A stretch of DNA of 51,550 nucleotides, from positions 1-51,550 of the forward strand of contig MRSU01010481.1 of assembly GCA_008369845.1 (NCBI GenBank), in the 5' to 3' direction. Position numbers and translations under genes: made by a program. Below are positions 39,682-48,109 of the stretch, piece after piece (within the stretch, counting starts at the first letter, position 1; every line of letters begins with the position of its first letter). The notes below the pieces were generated by a model. That model was not told where the DNA came from and did no database searches. It saw only the letters and a list, made by a program, of their open reading frames with translations. The stretch comes from Trichomonas gallinae (taxonomy: Eukaryota).

Positions 39682-42624
39682 TTAAAATCCGAGCATGTCA
39701 AATACATCATTTCCTCCTTTCGATCCCTGGTTCTGCTGCTGGTTGCTTGCTCCAAGGAGTTTCTGCTGCGGTCTTTGTGGCTGTTGCTGCTGCTGTGCGG
39801 CAAATTGGGCGCGGAGGGACTGTGGCTGTGTGCCTGATGGGGCTTGCTGCGGGCGCTGTTGCTGTGGCATTGGGCGTGGCTGTTGTGGCATTGGGCGTTG
39901 TTGCTGTGGCTGTGGTCTTGCTGGACCTCTGCCTGCTGATGATCCGAAAACTTCAAATGCATCGCTGGATGGTTTCGGAGCTGTTGGCTTTGCGGATGCT
40001 GGAGCAGTGCCGAACATATCGAATGCATTGGATGATGCGTTTGCCTGTGGCTTAGATGGCGCAGGAGCAGCGCCGAACATTTCGAAAGTATTGGATGATG
40101 CAGCTGGCTTTGCAGCTGGAGCAGGAGCAGCACCAAACATGTCGAATGCATCACTGCTCTGCTTTGGAGCTTGAGGTGCAGACATTCCGGCGAATGGATC
40201 AAACATGTCTTCCGTCTTTGGTGCTGGTCTCTGCTGTGGTCTTTGTTGCTGCTGTGGGACTCTCTGGTTTGGAATGGCTGGTGTCTTGATGACCTGGTCG
40301 GCGAATGGATCGAATGTGTCATCAGCTGGCTGTTGCTTGGCCGGAAGCTGTTGTCTGGCAGCTGGAGATGGTGCTGGTTTTTGTCTGGCAGGTGGCTGCT
40401 GTCTAGCGGCTGGAGATGGAGCCGGCTTTGAATCGCTGCCGAACAAGTCGAAGGCAGACTGAGAGGACTGTTTAGATGGTGGGTTTGAGCCGCTCAACAT
40501 GTCGAAAGCGTCTGCAGAACCCTTTGGCTGTGGAGCTGAAGGCTTGGCTGATGCTGGTGCGGCACCAAACATGTCGAATGCATCTGTAGATGCCTTTGGC
40601 TGTGGCTTTGGTGAAGCAGGAGCAGCACCGAGCATGTCGAGAACATTGGATGATGCGGGTGGCTTAGTTGTTGAAGGAACACTGTCAGCGAAGGGATCAA
40701 ACATGTCATCGGACTTAGGCATTGGCTTCTGTTGCTGTGGAGCTGGCTTCTGTTGCTGTTGCTGTGGCTTAGAGCCGATGTTAGAGAATGGATCGAATCC
40801 ATCACCTGATGGTGGCTTTGGTCCGGAAGCTGGTTTCGAGGATGGGGCACCTGGGAATGGATCGAATGTGTCGCTGGATGCAGCTGGCTGTGCGTTGCCG
40901 AATGGATCGAACGTGTCATCGTTAGATGGTGCTGCGGCTTTCTGTGGCTGTTGTTTAGAGCCAATGTTGGAGAATGGATCGAATGTGTCATCGTTGCCTG
41001 CAGGTTGAGCAGCTGGCTTCTGTGGCTGCTGTCTTGGCTTCTGCTGCTGTGGCTGCTGCTTTGGCTGTTGCTTAGAGGGGATGTTTGTGAATGGGTCGAA
41101 CGTGTCGTCATCGTTGGATGCGGCTGGCTGAGCACCAGGGAATGGATCGAATCCGTCGCCTGATGGTGGCTTTGGTCCGGAAGCCGGCTTGGATGATGGC
41201 GCGCCAGGGAATGGATCGAAGCCATCACCTGACGGTGGTTTTGGCCCTGATGACGATTTCGGAGCAACATCTCCAAATGGATCGAATGTGTCGTTGGATG
41301 AAGCTGGGAGAGACTTAGGAAGTGGGTCTGCAGTGTCAGCAGATGTGATGCGCTCGCGTACTTTCTGTCCCATATCTCCGAATGGATCGAATGATTCGTC
41401 GTTGTCAGCCTTTGAGCCTGCAAATGGGTCGAAAATGTTCGGGTCCTGGGAACCTTTGCTTGGTGGTGCCTGTGGCTTGCCTGCAGGCTTTTCATCACCG
41501 AATGGGTCGAAGGTATCATCCTCAACAGCAACTTCCTGTGAGCCGAGGAAGTCGTTGTCGTCATCAGCTGGACCATCTGGAGCTGCCTGGTAGCCTTCTT
41601 TGCTGTTGTAGACGTCTTCGCCGGCGAATGGGTCGAAGATTTCCTGGTTTGACTGCTGTGAGCGTGTGCCCATTGACTCGCCGCCAGAAAGTCCAAAAAT
41701 ATCAACCTGGTCACCACCTTTATCCTCTGGTGCATCCGCGAAAGATCCAAATTGATTATTTCCTAAGAGATCATCGACAGCATCCCTCTTTGGAGCCGGC
41801 TCTGCATCATCATCGCCGAAAGAAAGAAGAGCCTCGTCTCCTCTTGGGAGATTTGAAGCGCCAATTTTTCCGCCATTTGCAAAAGCAGCGAAAGCGGCTG
41901 GAGCTCTTGGTCTGTCTTGCTCTGGTAAGTTCATCTCTGATGATTGCTTGGGCTGTGGAGCCGGTTTATCGTCGAATGAAACCATATCTCCGAATTCTTC
42001 GCCATTTCCTTGTTCTGGAGCATCATCGTTATCCTGCCAGTCGAAAAGAGAGTTGGAATCTTCCTGCTTGCGTGCTGGAGGCTGGTTCTGAGATTGCTGC
42101 TGCATATTTGATCTTCCGAGCTGTGGAGCCCTGTGTGTTGGTCCTTGCTGCTGCGTCCTGCGTTGCTGCGGCTGTGATGGAACATCAAATGCGAGTCCGT
42201 ATGATTCCAAAGACGGAAGTGGCTCGTTCTTGATTAAATGATTGTAAATCGCGCGTGTAAGCAAGTGAACTGCATCACGCATTGTGCAATTTGACTTTTC
42301 GAAAGAGAGCAGGAAAATTGTAGCGATTTCTGGTGCAAAAGCTTGAGCTGCTGGGAGAACTGTGTCATGAGATTTCGAAAGCGCGTAGAAAAGGATTTGT
42401 AATGCCTTCAATACATCGGTTGGGCTTCCAGCATTAGCATCGATGTGATCAGTAAGTGATAAAACAAGCTCACCAGCCAAATCGATATTTTGTGTGTATT
42501 TCATGAAGTATGGAATAACCTGTGGGCTGATCTTGGCTGTCTGTTGCTCAGAAACTTTATGGAGAAGTTCTTTGAGCTGAGACTGTGGAGTTTGCTTTTG
42601 CTGACCACCAAATAGCGATCGCAT
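39682..42624 (-). CDS. Clathrin-adaptor-like protein: ENTH/VHS-like helical N-terminus and long disordered tail with 15 FDPF and several FDMFG-type motifs
   Basis: First ATG at 42624, just after the TCACTTTT Inr (42637..42630). VLKALQILFYAL helix, then a P/Q/A/S-rich tail with DPF repeats. Confidence 0.8.
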   Translation of the reverse strand: MRSLFGGQQKQTPQSQLKELLHKVSEQQTAKISPQVIPYFMKYTQNIDLAGELVLSLTDHIDANAGSPTDVLKALQILFYALSKSHDTVLPAAQAFAPEIATIFLLSFEKSNCTMRDAVHLLTRAIYNHLIKNEPLPSLESYGLAFDVPSQPQQRRTQQQGPTHRAPQLGRSNMQQQSQNQPPARKQEDSNSLFDWQDNDDAPEQGNGEEFGDMVSFDDKPAPQPKQSSEMNLPEQDRPRAPAAFAAFANGGKIGASNLPRGDEALLSFGDDDAEPAPKRDAVDDLLGNNQFGSFADAPEDKGGDQVDIFGLSGGESMGTRSQQSNQEIFDPFAGEDVYNSKEGYQAAPDGPADDDNDFLGSQEVAVEDDTFDPFGDEKPAGKPQAPPSKGSQDPNIFDPFAGSKADNDESFDPFGDMGQKVRERITSADTADPLPKSLPASSNDTFDPFGDVAPKSSSGPKPPSGDGFDPFPGAPSSKPASGPKPPSGDGFDPFPGAQPAASNDDDTFDPFTNIPSKQQPKQQPQQQKPRQQPQKPAAQPAGNDDTFDPFSNIGSKQQPQKAAAPSNDDTFDPFGNAQPAASSDTFDPFPGAPSSKPASGPKPPSGDGFDPFSNIGSKPQQQQQKPAPQQQKPMPKSDDMFDPFADSVPSTTKPPASSNVLDMLGAAPASPKPQPKASTDAFDMFGAAPASAKPSAPQPKGSADAFDMLSGSNPPSKQSSQSAFDLFGSDSKPAPSPAARQQPPARQKPAPSPAARQQLPAKQQPADDTFDPFADQVIKTPAIPNQRVPQQQQRPQQRPAPKTEDMFDPFAGMSAPQAPKQSSDAFDMFGAAPAPAAKPAASSNTFEMFGAAPAPSKPQANASSNAFDMFGTAPASAKPTAPKPSSDAFEVFGSSAGRGPARPQPQQQRPMPQQPRPMPQQQRPQQAPSGTQPQSLRAQFAAQQQQQPQRPQQKLLGASNQQQNQGSKGGNDVFDMLGF

Positions 42625-42933
42625 TTGTAAAAAGTGACAGTTTTCGAACGATAAAAATACCCTATAATTAATTTGTTGACCCCTAAATTTGAGGTTTTTA
42701 ACGATTATTGGAACCAATAAAAATTATCAAGCCCCTATATTTTTTGCAAAAATTTCTCGATATGTTTGTTGAGTATTAATCAAGTATTATGCAAAGCATA
42801 AAACCACCGTATGTCCTGGCAATTATTATCCTACTGTGTAAAATATCCTGCAGCTTTTGTAATATATTGTTAACATCATTTTTCGGGAAAAACTTCAAAT
42901 TTTGAAAAACACCGCGTTTTAATATTTACAAAA

Positions 42934-43047
42934 ATGCCCCTATTAAAATTTGATTGCCCCTTATTTTAATTGAATGATCCCCATAAATAATTTGTGAGAC
43001 CCTTATTTAAATGAATGGTGCCCCTGAAATAATTTGGTAGACCCTTG
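42934..43047. repeat. Phased CCC(C)T array, period about 21 nt, 6 copies
   Basis: C-runs start at 42937, 42957, 42979, 43000, 43021 and 43042. The array ends about 25 nt before ATG 43071. Confidence 0.75.
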
Positions 43048-43070
43048 TGTTTTAAAATTTTTATAACGAG

Positions 43071-43395
43071 ATGTCCAATGATTATAACTCTAGTTTAATG
43101 GATTGCACCAAAGACACCGGATCATGCATTTTAGGTTGTTTTTGCCCGTGCATTCTTTCTGGAAAGAATATGGCTCAAATGCTAAATGAAGATTACAGAC
43201 CAATTCGTTTATTTTAATTTCTAACAAACAGACGGTTTATGCTGCCCTTCCCCATTTTGGACGCGTAGATTAATTAGAATGAAATACAACATAGAGCCAG
43301 ACGAAGGTCACGATTGTCTCGTGTTTACATTTTGTCTCCCATGTGGCATCTGCCAAGATGCTAGAGAACTCCAATTTAGAGAGCAAGTTGTTTAA
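43071..43395 (+). CDS. PLAC8-family Cys-rich protein, 99 aa, two exons (43071..43206, 43232..43395)
   Basis: Spliced translation is MSNDYNSSLMDCTKDTGSCILGCFCPCILSGKN...PIHGLCCPSPFWTRRLIRMKYNIEPDEGHDCLVFTFCLPCGICQDARELQFREQVV. It has the CPC, RxKYxI, DC and CQxxREL PLAC8 motifs. Confidence 0.92.
43207..43231 (+). other. 25-nt spliceosomal intron (trichomonad short type)
   Basis: GTTTATTTTAATTTCTAACAAACAG: GT donor and fused branch point/acceptor TCTAAC-A-AACAG. It contains an in-frame TAA, and removing it restores the frame. Confidence 0.92.
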
Positions 43396-43720
43396 TTTTC
43401 AAATACAAAAATCCTAAATTTTGTTTTTTGCTCTTTATTATAAAATTATATAACTATACATGCATAATACCAACTTTCCATACGAACTATCTTGATTATT
43501 AAATAGTTGAAAAATATTTTGAATGAAAAACTTGAAAGATTTATAAAATGATTATAACAAATATTAAATGGGCTGTATAGGATTGTTATTTTGAGTCAAT
43601 TGGTGTCATATTAAAAAGAAAATATTATATGAAAATATTAAATGATTATGAAGGAAATACATTCGTAGATTTAAAAAACATATCAAATAAAAGTTGAATT
43701 TTACAACAAAAATAAACAAA

Positions 43721-45295
43721 TTATCTGTAAAGATCATATTCGAAATAAATCTTATAATTAGCTGTGTGGGGGCCTTCTTCCAAAGCAGGCTCTTTCTTTG
43801 CTGTTTCTGGTGAAACGTTGTCATTCTCCATCATTTTCAAGGCAACTGCAATCATTGCTCCAAGATCGAGCTTTGAGAAGATGTTGTCTGCCATTGATCC
43901 AAGCTTAGCGGATGAGCATTCACGAATAAGCATAAATGTCTGCAAAGCAAATATAATAAGCGATGCTGAGAAATATCTTAAGAACATCCAATGATTATCG
44001 ACACAAATTAGTGTCTCCCAAAGCCTTGCAACACTAGATTTGTCGAATGAACGTCCGTAAGCAAGCATTAATGAAGGAGGCAAAAATGATAAATCTTCCA
44101 TATGCTGGGCTTTAAGCCAATTTGCGTTTGCGGAGTAGCTCTCGATTATCTTGTAGATTTCTTTGACTTCTGCAGTCTGTTCATCGTACATATTGTCTGT
44201 AACTAATAATTTTCCTGCCATTTCTACGAAATGTGCGAAACACCAGAATGTTAATGCTTCAGCAACCTCTGGCTCAAGTGCTGTGCATGTTGGGCGGGCA
44301 AATAAAAGCATGATATTGGCAGCAATATCATTTAATCCTTGTGTGTAGTGAGAATCTTGATTCCAGATAGTAAATGATTTCAGTAACGATACAATTGTCT
44401 GATGCCATTCTTCTGTGACTTCTACTCCAGGCGGTGGATGAGTTCTTTTAACATCAACGTTAATTGTCGAAAAAGCATCTTTAATCATCTTGAATGCCTT
44501 GATTTGGTGCTTTGTAAGTGATTTCCATTGCATTCTGATCGATTGATATTCTTCAACGCGCATTTTCAGGATTCTATCACGAGATTCATGATCAAAAGGC
44601 AGAATGTTCATAATAATTGGCCAAACGAGATATCTTATGTCTGGATGAACTCCATACTTCAAAACTTTCTTCTTAAGCTCTGATAAAGATTTTATATTAT
44701 TCAAATCTTCAAGTGTAACTGGTTGCTGTGTGTACTCTTCTTTAACAATCTTGAATTCAGATATGATGTTAAGTTCAGGCTGAACGACGAATAACTTTTT
44801 CGGCAATAATCCATTTGTGCAATATTCTTGCGGAATCGTAACATTTCCTGATTCTACATCCATATCATAAGCTGTAAATTTAGTTTCATTAGAAATAAAT
44901 GTTTCTGCAGCAAATTCGACAATTTCTTCAAGGTTTGGAGGCTCTTCGCGTATCTGGCATTTCTGAATTGTTAGCATCTGTATGAAGCTAATTAAGTTTG
45001 GCATGCAAGTTGAAGGAAAAACGAATTGGTACATAGATGTTTTTGATACAATTAGGATATGTGGATCATTTACTCTGTAATTAACGACGTATTTTTGTAT
45101 ATCTTTAGAGTTCATGACTATTTCGTTCTTCTGGGCGTTGTTTACGACTTTTCCATTCTTCATTGGTGGATATTGTCGCCACCAAAATACAAGATTTTGT
45201 CCATCCTGAGCTATAACTAGAACACCATTCTGATTGTTAGTAGACGCGTGATGAAAAACAGATAAAACTTGATAATGTGTCGATGTTAAATCCAT
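43721..45295 (-). CDS. TBC-domain Rab GTPase-activating protein
   Basis: GVHPDIRYLVWP, INVDVKRT (Arg finger), YTQGLND (Gln finger), FWCF and RLWE. Confidence 0.92.
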   Translation of the reverse strand: MDLTSTHYQVLSVFHHASTNNQNGVLVIAQDGQNLVFWWRQYPPMKNGKVVNNAQKNEIVMNSKDIQKYVVNYRVNDPHILIVSKTSMYQFVFPSTCMPNLISFIQMLTIQKCQIREEPPNLEEIVEFAAETFISNETKFTAYDMDVESGNVTIPQEYCTNGLLPKKLFVVQPELNIISEFKIVKEEYTQQPVTLEDLNNIKSLSELKKKVLKYGVHPDIRYLVWPIIMNILPFDHESRDRILKMRVEEYQSIRMQWKSLTKHQIKAFKMIKDAFSTINVDVKRTHPPPGVEVTEEWHQTIVSLLKSFTIWNQDSHYTQGLNDIAANIMLLFARPTCTALEPEVAEALTFWCFAHFVEMAGKLLVTDNMYDEQTAEVKEIYKIIESYSANANWLKAQHMEDLSFLPPSLMLAYGRSFDKSSVARLWETLICVDNHWMFLRYFSASLIIFALQTFMLIRECSSAKLGSMADNIFSKLDLGAMIAVALKMMENDNVSPETAKKEPALEEGPHTANYKIYFEYDLYR

Positions 45296-45313
45296 TTTTT
45301 TTATTTTTTAATT

Positions 45314-45702
45314 AATAAGGTTAAAATAATAAGGTTAATTTAAAAATTAATAAATAAGGTTAATTGTCAATAAATTTCTGATATTTACAAAATATGTCTA
45401 AAGTCGGTATTTCTACCTGTACAATGACAAAATAGGAGAATCTGTAGCATGAAGCAAACATATTAGTAGTTAACTATTTTCTTTTAAAAGTAAACTGTAT
45501 TATCATTTATTCTTTTATATTTTTTGAATATTCTGTTATTATAATGTCTATATGCAAAAGATGGGTGTGTAAAACGCATTTTTAAGGGACTATCTATAAC
45601 AATATGTGATGTCTACAAATTTTTCCTGCAAACTCAAGGTATAATAGAAGCAATATAAAATAAGGTTATTATAATAAGGTTATTTAATGAATTGTCACTT
45701 TT
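45314..45702. promoter_or_regulatory. Divergent promoter with 5 AATAAGGTTA copies and a TCACTTTT Inr
   Basis: Copies at 45314, 45328 and 45353 (next to the TBC ATG) and at 45659 and 45673 (next to the COMMD ATG). The Inr is at 45695..45702. Confidence 0.65.
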
Positions 45703-45709
45703 GATTTAA

Positions 45710-46243
45710 ATGACATCTCTTTCCAGCACAAACACTGCTGCTTTGAAGCAGTTGGCAGGTTTAGATGAAAATCGCATTAAAGCAATTACAGAATTAACAA
45801 TCAAAACGATATTAGATCAAGAAACAGCAAATGATCTTAAAGGAAACGAAGCTAATGCTCAGATCGGCCTTGCAGCCTTATTTACATTATTTGCTCGTCA
45901 GGGATCATTCGCAGAAACAATGAAACCGGTCCTCCGCGATTCTGGACTTAAAGATTCAATTGTCGAATTTATTGCCAATCAATATACAGCGAAAGTCGAT
46001 TTAATCCGCGCCAAGCTCGCGACAATATCAGCTGGTTATCCAAAGATTACTGGATGCAGCTGGCGTTTAGATTATGCTGTTTCAAATAGCGAAACAGGAT
46101 CCGTTTTGAAGCCATTGTTCTTTGTCCATTTAGATGTTGAGGGTGGATCAAACCTCGAATTTACATGCACCGAAGAAGAAATGACCTCTTTGGTCAATTC
46201 TTTGAAGGAAGCTGCTGCCGAAGCCGCACGCACAAAGCAATAA
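45710..46243 (+). CDS. COMMD3: COMM-domain protein, COMMD3-like
   Basis: PKITGCSWRLDY...PLFFVHL...FTCTEEEMTSLVNSLKEA is the COMM signature and is closest to COMMD3 by eye. Confidence 0.75.
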   Translation: MTSLSSTNTAALKQLAGLDENRIKAITELTIKTILDQETANDLKGNEANAQIGLAALFTLFARQGSFAETMKPVLRDSGLKDSIVEFIANQYTAKVDLIRAKLATISAGYPKITGCSWRLDYAVSNSETGSVLKPLFFVHLDVEGGSNLEFTCTEEEMTSLVNSLKEAAAEAARTKQ

Positions 46244-46837
46244 ACTTTTTATTGATGTCTAAACCTGATTCACGATATGTGGCAAACTATGTTAGCCTAA
46301 TAAACAATCTGATTTTTAATTCTATGTTCGAAAATGCTCCAAAGATGCTAAGAATGCAATCAATGATAGATTATCATTTAATGCATTCTCAGCATCAAAT
46401 TAAAGCAATTTTCATCAAAAGATTCTGAATTCTAAAAAATTTCGAGAATGATTTGTCTAATATTATGTAATTTATTTAGTTATCGTTGGTGAAGTATATT
46501 ATATGAAGGAAAATAGACTCTCTTGACTTCAAATTTTTATAAAGAAATTTAAAGTATATATGAGATGTTGTTTTCGCCTAACTATCATCAAATTCGGAAA
46601 TTGAATATCAATTACGTTTACAATCCACGGAAAATCAATATTTATATTATGATCAAGAATATCTTTGAGCTATACATGATGCTTATATGGAAAAAGTGAA
46701 ACTATAGTTGTATGTATCTATTTTGTGTAATGGAGTAAACAAAACTGAATCAATTCGCGAAAATACAGCAATTTAATGTTCATAATTAAATATGCATTAA
46801 TATTGAACTAATAAAATAGATTATAGAATTCATTATT

Positions 46838-47941
46838 ATGTTTTTGTTTATATTAAATGCTGTTTGGGAATATGATGGTGATGAAATTAACACAAGACTC
46901 GAATCATCGTTGGAAACACCACTTGTTGCTGGTATTACGTCTACTTTTGGATCAAAAGGTCGTTTAATTAATGAATCATTTCCAATTGTTGCGAAAATTT
47001 TATCACCATACTTAGCTGTTGATTTCACTACCATCAACTGTCACAAATCACACTTCTGCCATGATCGAAGACTCCCAAATACGCCGAAAGTTTGGATTTG
47101 TCGATCAAAAAGTCCGAAATATTGGAAATACACAGACGAACTAGACATTGCAGGCATATCTAATTTCTTACGATACGAACTCAGCGGAGAATTACTTAAA
47201 GGAAAACAAGATGATTTTTCAATACAAGATTACATAACTACAGGTGGCTCATTCTTTCATGTAACAATAAATTACGATAATCGCAAACTTATAAATACAC
47301 TTAAAACAATCCATTCGAAATTTAAAATTTATAATATAACTTTTGCATATTCTCTCAGCTACGAAATGACTCGTATGAGAGCCTTCTATACTAATACTTG
47401 TTATCGTGATACTAATATTTTCGTAAACACCAATTTGGAAGCATTTGTTACGAACAACGCGTTTAGCGCCTATCATCATTACATTTATGACGAATATAAA
47501 GACATTAAGCATGAATTTATGATCTTATATGTAGGCTATGACAGAACATTAGAAAAAATCAAAGTCCTCTCGAAATTAGCTGAGAAAACGGGATGCAATT
47601 ATGATGTTGGAATTGGATTCGCATCACTCATGTATGATAAATGGATTTTGGAGATGACAAATAGTTATCCAGCGATGGAACCTTTCCTTGTCGGTTTTAA
47701 CACGAGAAATAAGTGTTATTACCACGTCCCAAACATAACCAAATACAATGTTGAAGAAATCTTCCAAAATTTAAGAAATGAAGCAAATTGTATTCCATTT
47801 AAAAATCTCACGAAGAATGGTACTACAGCAGTCAATCCATTGGCATTCATGATGTTCTTAGGTGTGATTTTCGGTACAGCTTTTGCAGTTTATATTTTTT
47901 ATCTCTTTACTTGCAGTCCTACGTTCCAAAAAATATTGTAA
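46838..47941 (+). CDS. Degenerate thioredoxin-fold type I membrane protein (no CxxC)
   Basis: Same size and layout as the 22519 gene (signal, FTTINC..FC..NTP, C-terminal TM), but the CxxC position reads TSTFGSKG. Confidence 0.6.
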   Translation: MFLFILNAVWEYDGDEINTRLESSLETPLVAGITSTFGSKGRLINESFPIVAKILSPYLAVDFTTINCHKSHFCHDRRLPNTPKVWICRSKSPKYWKYTDELDIAGISNFLRYELSGELLKGKQDDFSIQDYITTGGSFFHVTINYDNRKLINTLKTIHSKFKIYNITFAYSLSYEMTRMRAFYTNTCYRDTNIFVNTNLEAFVTNNAFSAYHHYIYDEYKDIKHEFMILYVGYDRTLEKIKVLSKLAEKTGCNYDVGIGFASLMYDKWILEMTNSYPAMEPFLVGFNTRNKCYYHVPNITKYNVEEIFQNLRNEANCIPFKNLTKNGTTAVNPLAFMMFLGVIFGTAFAVYIFYLFTCSPTFQKIL

Positions 47942-48109
47942 TATTTTCTTTGTTTGTAATACTAAATATGTCCATGTTCATTAACTATTTTTGTGATAAT
48001 AAATTCTTGATAAATTGTTGATATATTGAATTGTATTGTGTCTATAATAAATATAGCTTTTAATAATTAATACAAACATTTAGAACTAACAATATTATGC
48101 AAAATAAAA

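Noticed and set aside
39672..42233. Many overlapping alternate-frame and antisense ORFs (Cys/Gly-rich, His/Ser-rich)
   Set aside because: They are shadows of the GC-rich, repetitive DPF-protein coding sequence.
2928..46243. Apparent clustering of trafficking and autophagy genes as a functional gene cluster
   Set aside because: These families are abundant in such genomes and the genes are interspersed with unrelated ones. I have no statistical support.
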